Numbered from the stretch's first letter, positions 1 to 9,017 are shown. The stretch: DNA of 57,424 nucleotides from an uncultured Bacilli bacterium (GCA_947623735.1 CANQHE010000003.1:1-57424), one strand, 5' to 3'. Notes: generated by a model not told the origin, from the sequence alone. Program-made: numbers and translations.

Positions 1-132
1 TACCTTTTTATGATAATATTATATCAAATTTTCTTTGCGAAGAAATTTTTTTCAAATTTACTCTTTTTGGCTGAATTTATGTTGACAATTTCTAAAATCT
101 TTTTTATTATTTTATTATAGGAGAGACTTAAA

Positions 133-1038
133 ATGGAACTAAAAAAATTATTAAAAATAGTTAGTGATAAAAATCGTATTCCCCGGATTTCTTTTATGAT
201 TTTAGGAGTATTCTTATTAGCCTTAAATTATAATTTATTTTTTACACGCAATGATTTAGTAGTCGGGGGTACCAGTGGTCTTGCGATAATATTTAACAAT
301 TTATGGGGCTGGGATAATCAAATATTTATTTATGTAACCAGTGCTATTTTATTAATCGTAAGTTTTATCTTTCTAGGATACAAACAAACCAAAAGTGCCA
401 TAATTGGTAGTATTTTATATCCCTTTATGATAACTTTTACTTTACCTTTAAGTAACGTATTATCAAAATACTTTCAATTCGAAGATTTTATAACCACTAT
501 TATTTTCTGTAGTATTTTTTATGGCTTTTCCAGTGGTTTAATCTATAAAATGGGTTATAATACTGGAGGAGCTGATGTAATCATGAATATTATGGTAAAA
601 TATATGCATATGCCTGAGGGAAGAGCATCTTTTATTAGTAATTTAATTATCATTTTATTCGCCGGCGCTGTTTTAGGAGTAAATAGGGTAGTTTATGCAA
701 TAATTATTTTATATATTTCCTCTCTTATAGTTGACCGGATGATTATTGGCATATCTAAAAGTAAAATGTTTATTATTGAAACAACTCATGTCGCGGAAGT
801 AGAAGAAGTAATCATAAATGAACTTCATCTTGGTGTTACAGTTTTAAAAGCGAAAGGGGGATACTCTAATAAATCCAAAGATTTATTAATGTGCGCCGTA
901 CCTACTAATGATTATTATATGTTTAAAGAAATAATCTTAGCTATTGATAAAGATGCTTTCTTTATTATCAATGATTGCTATGACATTGAAGGTGGAACTA
1001 CTAAAAATCATAGTTTTAGCCTTGATTCTATCTTATAG
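133..1038 (+). CDS. YitT-family integral membrane protein (multi-TM region plus soluble DUF2179-like C-terminal domain)
   Basis: 301-aa ORF with a GGAGAG SD about 8 nt upstream. It has 5-6 hydrophobic helices, the GGTSG and NTGGADV motifs typical of the YitT/YpjC family, and a soluble C-terminal stretch of about 80 aa. Confidence 0.75.
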   Translation: MELKKLLKIVSDKNRIPRISFMILGVFLLALNYNLFFTRNDLVVGGTSGLAIIFNNLWGWDNQIFIYVTSAILLIVSFIFLGYKQTKSAIIGSILYPFMITFTLPLSNVLSKYFQFEDFITTIIFCSIFYGFSSGLIYKMGYNTGGADVIMNIMVKYMHMPEGRASFISNLIIILFAGAVLGVNRVVYAIIILYISSLIVDRMIIGISKSKMFIIETTHVAEVEEVIINELHLGVTVLKAKGGYSNKSKDLLMCAVPTNDYYMFKEIILAIDKDAFFIINDCYDIEGGTTKNHSFSLDSIL

Positions 1039-1124
1039 ATATTTTAAATATAAATAACAACATTTTTCTTCCTTCTAAATAAATAAAATGCTATAATTAT
1101 TTTATAACTAAAGGAGGTATAAAT

Positions 1125-3305
1125 ATGTATGCTTATTGTATTATAGAATATCCGATAAAAACTCTAGATAAAGCCTTTACATATTTAATACCTGAATCTC
1201 TAAAAAAAACTTTAAAAGTAGGAATGAAAGTTTTAGTCCCCTTTAATAAACGTCTTGTTCATGGCATAGTCTTAAATATTACTGATAATTATAATGATAC
1301 CTATGAATTAAAAGAAATTGCCCAAATAGAAGATGAATTTTTAGTCTTAAATAAAGAATTACTAGAACTAGGCCAAGTTTTAAAGGACCTCACTTTATGT
1401 AATTTAATAACGGCCTATCAAACAATGCTTCCAAGTGCTTTAAAAATAAAGAATCAAAAGAGTGATTATAATAAATATATAAGTTATGTATCTTTAAATG
1501 CTAAAGATAGTCTAATAAATGATTATATAAACACTCATAAAAACAAAAAAGTTGCTATTCTAAAAAGATTATTACAAGAACCAAAAGTAAATAAAAAAGA
1601 ATTTGACAGTGCATCTATTCGGGATTTATTAAAATTAAATTTCATCAAAATAACCGCAGAAAAAATCTATCGTTTAAATAAAAGTAAAGAAAATATAACT
1701 GAACCAACTCCCACTTTAGACCAACAAAAAGTAATAGATACTATTATAAGTTCCTTAAACGAATTTAAAACTTTTTTAATTCATGGTGTAACCGGAAGTG
1801 GTAAAACTCTTATTTATATTAAGCTTATAAAAAAAGTTTTACAAGAAGGGAAGACCGCTCTTTTATTAGTTCCAGAAATAAGTTTAACTGAACAAATAAT
1901 AAGTATTTTCTATGCTTATTTTGGCTCGAAAGTTGCTATCCTCCACAGTGGGCTTTCTCTAACCGAAAAATATGATGAATACTTAAAAATATTAAATAAA
2001 GATGTTCAAATTGTAATCGGTACCCGTAGTGCTATCTTTGCTCCTTTAGAAAATTTAGGCCTTATTATTATTGATGAAGAACACAGTGATACCTACAAAC
2101 AAAATTCTAACCCTCGGTATCATGCTCGGGACATTGCCTCATTTCGTGCTAAGTATCATAATATTCCGCTTGTTTTAGGAAGTGCTACTCCCTCCCTTGA
2201 AAGTATGGCGCGGGCCCGCAAAAATGTTTATACTCTTTTAACTTTAAATAAACGCGTAAATAATCAAGCTTTACCCAAAATTAAACTCGTCGATATGAAA
2301 GAAGAATTACCCAAAAGAAATTTTGTTATCAGTGAAGAACTAGATAAAGAAATAAAACTTTGTCTTTTAAATAAAGAGCAAGTAATCTTACTTTTAAATA
2401 GAAGGGGCTATTCTAATCTTATTACTTGTAGTAACTGTGGTTTTACCTATAAATGTCCCCATTGTGAAATATCTCTAACTTATCATAAAAGTTCTAATAC
2501 CCTCCGTTGCCATTACTGTGGCTACACCAAAATAAAAGATGATATTTGTCCTAAATGTCATGAAAAAGGTTTAAATTACTTAGGTCTTGGTACAGAAAAA
2601 CTTGAAAAGATATTAAATGAAAAATATCCTGAAGCTCGTTTAATTAGAATGGACGCGGATACTACCACCAAAAAGGGTAGTCATGATAAAATAATTAAAT
2701 CTTTTAAAAATTATGAATATGACATCTTAATTGGTACCCAAATGATTAGTAAAGGTCTTGATTTTCAAAGATGCACTCTCGTCGGTATAATCAATGCTGA
2801 TTCCACTTTAAATATTCCGGATTTTAGAAGTAGTGAAAGAACCTTTGCTCTTTTAAGTCAAACATCCGGTCGGGCTGGTCGCGGCGAAAAAGAGGGTAAA
2901 GTTATAATTGAAACCTTTAATCCTGACAATAGTACTTTAAAAAATGTTGTTGCTAATTCCTATTTAAATTTTTATGAAGAAGAGATGCACATTCGTAAAA
3001 TTTTAAAATATCCCCCTTATTATTATTTAGTAAATATCAAAGTATGTAGTAAAGATTATGAAGAAGCTCGCACTAATTCTCTTAAAATATCTACCTATCT
3101 AAAAAATAATTTAGATAAAACCAGTATTATTTTAGGCCCATCAACCGCCCTAAATTTCCGTCTTAAAAACATCTATCGTTTTAATATTACGATTAAATAT
3201 CGTTTTGATAAAAACATAAAAAAAGTTTTAAAAGAAATCGACAATATCTATAGTGCTAATAAATCTGTCTTTTTAGAAATTGATATAAACCCTCAAGAAT
3301 TATAA
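1125..3305 (+). CDS. priA: Primosomal protein N' (replication restart helicase PriA)
   Basis: 726 aa with an AGGAGG SD. It has Walker A GVTGSGKT, a DEEH box (IIIDEEHSD), and two zinc-finger Cys pairs (CSNCGF..CPHC and CHYCGY..CPKC). The length is typical of PriA. Confidence 0.95.
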   Translation: MYAYCIIEYPIKTLDKAFTYLIPESLKKTLKVGMKVLVPFNKRLVHGIVLNITDNYNDTYELKEIAQIEDEFLVLNKELLELGQVLKDLTLCNLITAYQTMLPSALKIKNQKSDYNKYISYVSLNAKDSLINDYINTHKNKKVAILKRLLQEPKVNKKEFDSASIRDLLKLNFIKITAEKIYRLNKSKENITEPTPTLDQQKVIDTIISSLNEFKTFLIHGVTGSGKTLIYIKLIKKVLQEGKTALLLVPEISLTEQIISIFYAYFGSKVAILHSGLSLTEKYDEYLKILNKDVQIVIGTRSAIFAPLENLGLIIIDEEHSDTYKQNSNPRYHARDIASFRAKYHNIPLVLGSATPSLESMARARKNVYTLLTLNKRVNNQALPKIKLVDMKEELPKRNFVISEELDKEIKLCLLNKEQVILLLNRRGYSNLITCSNCGFTYKCPHCEISLTYHKSSNTLRCHYCGYTKIKDDICPKCHEKGLNYLGLGTEKLEKILNEKYPEARLIRMDADTTTKKGSHDKIIKSFKNYEYDILIGTQMISKGLDFQRCTLVGIINADSTLNIPDFRSSERTFALLSQTSGRAGRGEKEGKVIIETFNPDNSTLKNVVANSYLNFYEEEMHIRKILKYPPYYYLVNIKVCSKDYEEARTNSLKISTYLKNNLDKTSIILGPSTALNFRLKNIYRFNITIKYRFDKNIKKVLKEIDNIYSANKSVFLEIDINPQEL

Positions 3306-3363
3306 TTTAATGAATAAAAAAGCTCTAATTTGCCCATAAATAAGGGAGAAAGGAGTTTTTTTA

Positions 3364-4140
3364 ATGTCGCGTTATAAAGTCGATATTACCGGTATCAATA
3401 CCAGTGAATTAAAAGTTTTAACCAGTAAAGAGATGACAGAACTATTTAAAAGATATCATGAAGGTGATTTAAAAGCCAAAGAAGAATTAATAAATGGTAA
3501 TCTAAAATTAGTTTTAAGTATTCTTCGTAACTTTAATAAAGGTAGTTATAACATGGATGATTTATTTCAAGTTGGGGTTATAGGTCTAATAAAAGCGATA
3601 GATAACTTTGATTTATCTTACAACTTAAAACTTTCAACATATGCTGTTCCTCTAATTTTAGGCGAAATAAAGCGTTATATTCGTGATAATACCAGTTTAA
3701 GAGTAAGTAGAAGCATCAAAGATTTAGCCTATAGTATTATTAGTTTTAAAGAAGATTATTTTAATAAATATGGTATAGAACCAACCAGTACTATTATCGC
3801 TGAAGCTTTAGGTATTGAAGAATATAAAATAGCCAGTAGCTTAGATTCTTTAAAAGAACCTATGAGCATTTATGAACCTATCTATAATGATGGTGGTGAT
3901 ACTATTTATTTAATGGACCAACTCGCCGATAAAAAAGATTTAAATAGTGACAAAGATATGCTTATCTCTCTAAGAAGGGGATTAAACAAAATAAAAGAAA
4001 GAGAAAGAGAAGTCTTAATAAAACGTTATATGATTGGTAAAACTCAAATGGAAATTGCCGAATCTTTAAATATTAGTCAAGCCCAAGTATCCCGAATTGA
4101 AAAAAATGCTATCTTAAGTCTAAAACGCATTATTAAATAA
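3364..4140 (+). CDS. sigG: Sporulation (forespore) sigma factor SigG-like
   Basis: 258 aa, colinear with B. subtilis SigG as remembered. Shared elements are the N-terminal SR.KV.I.G..TS.L.VL, FDLS.N.K.STYAVP.I.GEI.RY.RDN, EPIYNDGGD.IY.MDQ and region 4.2 ISQAQVSRIEK. Confidence 0.85.
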   Translation: MSRYKVDITGINTSELKVLTSKEMTELFKRYHEGDLKAKEELINGNLKLVLSILRNFNKGSYNMDDLFQVGVIGLIKAIDNFDLSYNLKLSTYAVPLILGEIKRYIRDNTSLRVSRSIKDLAYSIISFKEDYFNKYGIEPTSTIIAEALGIEEYKIASSLDSLKEPMSIYEPIYNDGGDTIYLMDQLADKKDLNSDKDMLISLRRGLNKIKEREREVLIKRYMIGKTQMEIAESLNISQAQVSRIEKNAILSLKRIIK

Positions 4141-4172
4141 TATTTAACTCTTAATTTACATTAACTAAATTA

Positions 4173-4257
4173 GGAGTTTTTATTATATCTAAATAATGTT
4201 ATATTTAAGATATAATTTAAAAGAATAACTTTTGTCTTAAAAGAACTTATGTTATAA
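4173..4257 (+). repeat. 85-bp direct repeat, copy 1 (identical to 4441-4525)
   Basis: Read directly: GGAGTTTTTATTATATCTAAATAATG...CTTATGTTATAA occurs twice, 268 bp apart. Confidence 0.9.
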
Positions 4258-4440
4258 CCCGAGTTTGACAGTTGAATAAAAAGAAAAGCCTAATTTCAAT
4301 AGAAATTAAACTTTTTTTATTTCTTCATCTGTCAAACTCGGGAATAAAAAGAAAAGCCTAATTTCAATAGAAATTAAACTTTTTTTATTTCTTCATCTGT
4401 CAAACTCGGGATTTTTTATTTCATTAAATGTCAAACTTGG
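4258..4440 (+). repeat. MITE-like hairpin element with internal 68-bp tandem duplication (2 full units plus 1 degenerate partial unit)
   Basis: CCCGAGTTTGACAG (4258-4271) is the exact reverse complement of CTGTCAAACTCGGG at 4329-4342 and 4397-4410. The 68-bp units at 4275-4342 and 4343-4410 are identical, and 4411-4440 is a degenerate partial unit. Each unit contains an inner hairpin, TAATTTC-AATA-GAAATTA. Confidence 0.85.
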
Positions 4441-4525
4441 GGAGTTTTTATTATATCTAAATAATGTTATATTTAAGATATAATTTAAAAGAATAACTTT
4501 TGTCTTAAAAGAACTTATGTTATAA
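4441..4525 (+). repeat. 85-bp direct repeat, copy 2; contains the probable promoter of the downstream lipoprotein gene
   Basis: Identical to 4173-4257. It ends in TTGTCT..TATAAT followed by the SD GAGAGGAG and the ATG at 4549. Confidence 0.9.
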
Positions 4526-4548
4526 TACAAAGAGAGGAGTAAAATTAA

Positions 4549-4965
4549 ATGAAAGTTATAAGTAAAGTATTTCTTGTTTTTAGTCTTATCTTTTTATTAA
4601 CCGGCTGTGGTAAAAAATTAACATGCACTCAAAGCACCGATAATGAAACAATGACTGTTGATTTTAAATTTAATTCTCATAATTATTTAGAATCAGGTAC
4701 TTTAAAATTTGATTTTAAATTAAATGATGATCAAAAAGCTGACCTTGAAACTTATAAAGAAGCTATAACTAAAAGTTTTAACGAAGGAAACTACAAAGAT
4801 TTAAATGTTACCGTTAGTGATAATAAAAAAGATACTATCACCGTTAAAATGAGTTTTGATACTAATTCTTTAAGTAAGGCCTTAAATATTGAAATCAAAG
4901 AAGCTCAAGCAACCTATAATGATTTAAAAAAAGAAATAACCGCATCAGGCTTTACATGTAAATAA
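4549..4965 (+). CDS. Small lipoprotein of unknown function
   Basis: 138 aa with a signal peptide and lipobox LLTGC (Cys20). The mature part is hydrophilic. Confidence 0.7.
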   Translation: MKVISKVFLVFSLIFLLTGCGKKLTCTQSTDNETMTVDFKFNSHNYLESGTLKFDFKLNDDQKADLETYKEAITKSFNEGNYKDLNVTVSDNKKDTITVKMSFDTNSLSKALNIEIKEAQATYNDLKKEITASGFTCK

Positions 4966-4989
4966 AACATCAATTAGTGATGTTTTTTT
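4965..4989 (+). terminator. Rho-independent terminator
   Basis: The 8-bp stem AAACATCA/TGATGTTT has a 5-nt loop and is followed by a T-run. Confidence 0.7.
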
Positions 4990-5025
4990 GCCTTTTAAAA
5001 CGTATAATTAAATAGGTGATGCAAT

Positions 5026-5250
5026 ATGCATTTAAGTGACCTTCAATTAAAAATGGTAATTAATATGAAAGATGGCAAACACTTAGGAGTTATCATTGAT
5101 GCGGAAGTAAGTGCTGATGGTAAAATAAATTATTATGTTGTTACTCCGAAACATTTTTTTAAAAGATTATTCAAAAGTGAACCCGAAGTTAATGTCACAA
5201 TTAGTCAAATAGTAAAAATAGGTGAAGATGTTATCTTGGTAGATTTATAA
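5026..5250 (+). CDS. ylmC: YlmC/YmxH-family sporulation protein (PRC-barrel)
   Basis: 74 aa. It shows the family pattern L..V.N...G..LG.I.D and a C-terminal IVKIGEDVILV, as in B. subtilis YlmC. Confidence 0.85.
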   Translation: MHLSDLQLKMVINMKDGKHLGVIIDAEVSADGKINYYVVTPKHFFKRLFKSEPEVNVTISQIVKIGEDVILVDL

Positions 5251-5282
5251 TTTTATGATATACTTAAAATTAGGTGAAATTT

Positions 5283-5753
5283 ATGAGCAAGAAAATATTT
5301 TTAATCGCAAGTACTATTTTAATCATCGACCAAGTATCCAAAAGTTTAATAGATGTCTATTTTGGTTTACATGAAACTTATCCTATAATTAATAACTTTT
5401 TTGCTATTACTCGGGCGGAAAATACTGGGGGAGCCTGGAGTATTTTCTCTTCCTTAAGTTTTATCTTTATCATTTTAGGAATAATCGCCATTATAATGCT
5501 TATTAAATTTATGTTTAGTTTTAAAAAAAATATGCGCAACACCATTGCTTTTGGTCTAACTCTTGGGGGTATAGCATCAAATCTTGCTGATCGTGTATTC
5601 TTAGGTTTTGTAAGAGATTTCCTTGATTTTACAATTTTTAACTACGATTACCCCATATTTAATCTTGCTGATGTTGCCATTGTAATAGGGGTTATTCTTT
5701 TAATAATCGCCATCATAAAAGGAGAAGATAAAGTTGATAAATCTAAAAAGTAA
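5283..5753 (+). CDS. lspA: Lipoprotein signal peptidase II
   Basis: It has 4 TM segments and the motifs ENTGGAWSIF and PIFNLADVAI. The ATG at 5283 is preferred over the track's GTG at 5274, which lies inside the SD AGGTGA. Confidence 0.9.
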   Translation: MSKKIFLIASTILIIDQVSKSLIDVYFGLHETYPIINNFFAITRAENTGGAWSIFSSLSFIFIILGIIAIIMLIKFMFSFKKNMRNTIAFGLTLGGIASNLADRVFLGFVRDFLDFTIFNYDYPIFNLADVAIVIGVILLIIAIIKGEDKVDKSKK

Positions 5754-6630
5754 TGAAGATAATATTCGGTTAGATAAATATTTAAGTACTAATCTTGATT
5801 ATAGTCGGGAATATATCCAAAAGTTAATTGCCGCCCATTTAATATTGGTAAATAATAAACCCGCAAAAGCAAGTCTTAAACTAAATATAGATGATAATAT
5901 TACAATTACGGATGATTTTTTAAATACCGAAGATAATATTGTCCCGGTATCTATTCCCTTAGATATTGTCTATGAAGATGAATATTTAATGATTATTAAT
6001 AAACCAAGTGGCTTAACTGTTCATCCGGGCGCGGGTAATAATATGCATACTTTAGTAAATGCCCTCATGTATTATACTAAAAATTTAAGCGATATTGGTG
6101 GGGCTACTCGTCCCGGGATTGTCCATCGTATTGATAAAGATACCAGTGGTCTTATCATGGTTGCTAAAACCAATAAAGTTCATGCTCTTCTTTCTGATGA
6201 TTTCAAACATAAACGCATCAAAAGAGAATATTTGGCTTTATTAAACGGTGTATTTAAAAGTGATAGTGCGACGATTGATGCTCCAATTGGTCGTGATAAA
6301 AAAAATCGTGAAAAAATGACAGTTACCAGTCTTAATAGTAAAAATGCTATAACCCATCTAAAAGTTTTAAAAAGATATCCTAAAAATACTTTAGTAAGTT
6401 GCACTTTAGATACTGGTCGTACTCATCAAATAAGAGTTCATATGGCCTATATTGGTTATCCCATTCATAATGACCCCGTATATTCTCATGATAATGCTAC
6501 TTCTTTTGGTCAATTTTTACATTCATATAAAATGACTTTTATTCATCCTATTACGAAAAAAGAAATGTCTTTTACCTGTCCCTTACCTAAATATTTTAAA
6601 GATTATTTAGATAACATCACGGAAGATTAA
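5734..6630 (+). CDS. rluD: RluA-family 23S rRNA pseudouridine synthase (RluD-like)
   Basis: It has an N-terminal S4 domain (IRLDKYL), the catalytic motif HRIDKDTSGL, and GRTHQIRVH. It overlaps lspA by 20 nt, as in the conserved lspA-rluD operon. Confidence 0.9.
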   Translation: MINLKSNEDNIRLDKYLSTNLDYSREYIQKLIAAHLILVNNKPAKASLKLNIDDNITITDDFLNTEDNIVPVSIPLDIVYEDEYLMIINKPSGLTVHPGAGNNMHTLVNALMYYTKNLSDIGGATRPGIVHRIDKDTSGLIMVAKTNKVHALLSDDFKHKRIKREYLALLNGVFKSDSATIDAPIGRDKKNREKMTVTSLNSKNAITHLKVLKRYPKNTLVSCTLDTGRTHQIRVHMAYIGYPIHNDPVYSHDNATSFGQFLHSYKMTFIHPITKKEMSFTCPLPKYFKDYLDNITED

Positions 6631-6924
6631 TATTAAAATAATAAAAGTTATTAAAAAATAAATAATCGGTAATATTTTATTTTCATGAAATATTTCTTTT
6701 ATTTTTAAATTATAAAAAAATGCACTTCCAAATAGTGCTCCACTAATAATAATACTATAAAATAAATCATTAAAATAACTAAAATATAAAGGTAAAATTA
6801 TTAAAAATATATAATTAAGAATTATTACAAATAAATTATCCATATTTATATTATTTAAATATCCAAAGTAATAAATAGTAATAACATTTAAGTAAATAAA
6901 TGTTAAGTAAAAGCATAAAGTCAT
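6607..6924 (-). CDS. Small 3-TM membrane protein, unknown function
   Basis: 105 aa and hydrophobic throughout. A strong SD, AAAGAGGTGA, lies 4-5 nt upstream of the ATG on the minus strand. Confidence 0.55.
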   Translation of the reverse strand: MTLCFYLTFIYLNVITIYYFGYLNNINMDNLFVIILNYIFLIILPLYFSYFNDLFYSIIISGALFGSAFFYNLKIKEIFHENKILPIIYFLITFIILILIFRDVI

Positions 6925-6985
6925 AATTTCACCTCTTTACTAAATATACGTTTTGTTATAAAATAATATTACTTGAGGTGATTTT

Positions 6986-8131
6986 ATGAATTACAGTATT
7001 ATGACTAAAAATGATGAATTAGTTATGGCTTTAGTTCATTATTTTATAACCGAAGAAAATTATAGTCCCATAATGGTTAAGGGTGTCAAAGATGAAATAT
7101 GGCTTGAAAATGTGGAAGGCCCATATCGTATTATTCGAATAAATTCTAACCATATTCATAATGATGAACAATATAAATTAGATATCTTTCGTACTAAAAA
7201 AGTTATTGAACAAATAAAAAAGAAAACTTTATCTTTAAAAGTTAATACTCTAAATATTTTAATAAATGTTGCTGATAATGTTAAACCTGATGCCAGTATT
7301 AATAATATTTCTTCTTTAGTATTAAATAATGTTGAAGAAATAACTAATGATAAAAATATGTTAAAAATATTTCCTAAATTAGAAAATAAATTTTTAAAAG
7401 ATAAAGAGGGGATAGATTTAATAGTTAGTGTTACTAATGATATTAATGCTAAAACTATTCGGGATAATGAAACCTTTGCTAAAATCTTTAGTCCTAAAAG
7501 AATTATTATTACGCCGCTTTTAATATTAATATGTTTTATCATGTTTATTGCTATGTCTGTTTTTGGGCGAGGTAGTACTGATGTTAGCACTTTAGTTATG
7601 TTTGGGGCTAATGTTCAAAGTTTAGTTAAAGCCGGCGAATTTTATCGTTTAATTACCTCTATCTTTCTTCATATTGGAATAATTCATTTATTAACTAATA
7701 TGTATTCTCTCTTTGTTATTGGTCATGAACTTGAAACATTTTTAGGTAAAACTAAATTCTTACTTGTTTTCTTAATAAGTGGTCTTACTGGTTCTTTATT
7801 GTCAGTTGTTTTACATAGTGCTGTTTCCGCGGGAGCAAGTGGGGCTATCTTTGGTCTTTTAGGTTCACTTCTCTATTTTGGTTATCATTATCGTCTTTAT
7901 TTAGGAACAGTTTTAAAAACTCAAGTAATACCTATTATTATTTTAAACTTAATCATTGGTTTTACTCTCCCTGGTATCGATAACTTTGCGCATATTGGTG
8001 GCCTAGTTGGGGGCTATCTTGCCACCATGGCTCTTGGCGTTCCTGGCAAAAGCAAAACTTCTGACCGCATCAATGGTTCCATTGTCTTAACTTTATTAAT
8101 TGCATTTTTAATATTTATGTTATACAGGTGA
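6986..8131 (+). CDS. Rhomboid-family intramembrane serine protease with N-terminal cytoplasmic domain
   Basis: 381 aa. It has the HxxxN-like motif HIGIIHLLTNM, the catalytic Ser motif GASGAIFGL and the His motif AHIGGLVGG, with 6-7 TM helices. Confidence 0.85.
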   Translation: MNYSIMTKNDELVMALVHYFITEENYSPIMVKGVKDEIWLENVEGPYRIIRINSNHIHNDEQYKLDIFRTKKVIEQIKKKTLSLKVNTLNILINVADNVKPDASINNISSLVLNNVEEITNDKNMLKIFPKLENKFLKDKEGIDLIVSVTNDINAKTIRDNETFAKIFSPKRIIITPLLILICFIMFIAMSVFGRGSTDVSTLVMFGANVQSLVKAGEFYRLITSIFLHIGIIHLLTNMYSLFVIGHELETFLGKTKFLLVFLISGLTGSLLSVVLHSAVSAGASGAIFGLLGSLLYFGYHYRLYLGTVLKTQVIPIIILNLIIGFTLPGIDNFAHIGGLVGGYLATMALGVPGKSKTSDRINGSIVLTLLIAFLIFMLYR

Positions 8132-8135
8132 TTTT

Positions 8136-8849
8136 ATGGAAAGATTACAAAAGGTTATTGCAAGTTCAGGCGTTACTTCAAGACGTAAAGCGGAAGACTT
8201 AATTATATCCGGAAAAGTAAGTGTAAATGGTGAAGTTAAAACCGAATTAGGCACCAAAGTAAATCCCGAAGATATTATTGAAGTGGAAGGTAAAACTATT
8301 TCCCGAGAAATAAATAAAGTTTACTATTTATTATATAAACCGAGGGGTTATATCACATCTTTAAAAGATGAACATGGCAGAAAAACAGTTATTGATTTAA
8401 TCAGTACTGATGAAAGAATATATCCTATTGGAAGACTTGACTATGACACAAGTGGTTTACTATTATTAACCAATGATGGAACTCTTGCGAATATTATTAC
8501 TCATCCCAAAAATAAAATTCTTAAAACTTATCTTGCCAAAGTTGGAGGTTTATTTACGAAAGATGATATTGACCGTTTAAAAAATGGTATTTATATTGAA
8601 GGAAGAAAAGTCGAAACTAAAAACTTTAAAATTAAAGATAAAAACTTCGAAACTAAAACCACTACGATTGAAATAACTATCACAGAAGGTCGCAATCATA
8701 TTGTAAAAAATATCTTTGCTTCCCTAAATCATCCGGTTTTAAGATTAAAAAGAACCAAGATTGCCTTTCTTGATTTAACAGATTTAAAAGCAGGGGAATA
8801 TCGTAAACTAAAAATAGAAGAAGTAAAAAAACTATATAGTTTAAAATAA
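8136..8849 (+). CDS. rluB: RsuA-family rRNA pseudouridine synthase (RluB-like)
   Basis: It has an S4 domain (RLQKVIASSGVTSRRKAEDLI) and the catalytic motif GRLDYDTSGLLLLTNDG. Confidence 0.9.
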   Translation: MERLQKVIASSGVTSRRKAEDLIISGKVSVNGEVKTELGTKVNPEDIIEVEGKTISREINKVYYLLYKPRGYITSLKDEHGRKTVIDLISTDERIYPIGRLDYDTSGLLLLTNDGTLANIITHPKNKILKTYLAKVGGLFTKDDIDRLKNGIYIEGRKVETKNFKIKDKNFETKTTTIEITITEGRNHIVKNIFASLNHPVLRLKRTKIAFLDLTDLKAGEYRKLKIEEVKKLYSLK

Positions 8850-8851
8850 AA

Positions 8852-8876
8852 AAGCTCTTAATTAAAAGGGCTTTTT
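8852..8876 (+). terminator. Rho-independent terminator of rluB
   Basis: The 8-bp stem AAGCTCTT/AAGGGCTT (one G-U pair) has a 6-nt loop and a T-run. Confidence 0.65.
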
Positions 8877-8901
8877 ATCAATTCTACCAAGTAAATTATT
8901 A

Positions 8902-9017
8902 CTATATAGTAGAAACATCTTAATTAAAAATAGAGTGTAACTTGATCATATTGCTTTCAAATTTATATATGAGCAGGAAGAAACTCCATGATAGAGATTA
9001 GCTCTCTATCTTTTTTT
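8902..9017 (+). repeat. Orphan copy of the 3' end plus two-hairpin downstream element of the 26772-28385 gene family
   Basis: It aligns with 28364-28483. Shared blocks are TAT(A/G)TAGT.GAA.CATCTTAATTAAA, TCATATTGCTTTCA, AATTTATATATGAGCA, CCATGATAGAG and CT(C/T)TATCTTTTT. Both copies end in a hairpin plus T-run. Confidence 0.8.

Noticed and set aside
4258-4440. A possible CRISPR array, suggested by the repeated CTGTCAAACTCGGG-containing units.
   Set aside because: The 68-bp units abut directly and are identical over their whole length, so there are no unique spacers. There are only 2.4 copies, and no cas genes are present.
4173-4525. The 85-bp direct repeats read as a target-site duplication of a mobile element.
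   Set aside because: 85 bp is far longer than any known target-site duplication. A 268-bp-period tandem duplication explains the layout more simply.
6180-7590. Antisense ORFs 6180-6404(-) and 7156-7590(-), lying inside rluD and the rhomboid gene.
   Set aside because: They are fully nested opposite well-supported conserved genes. They have no SD and their composition is hydrophobic or low-complexity, typical of AT-rich antisense frames.
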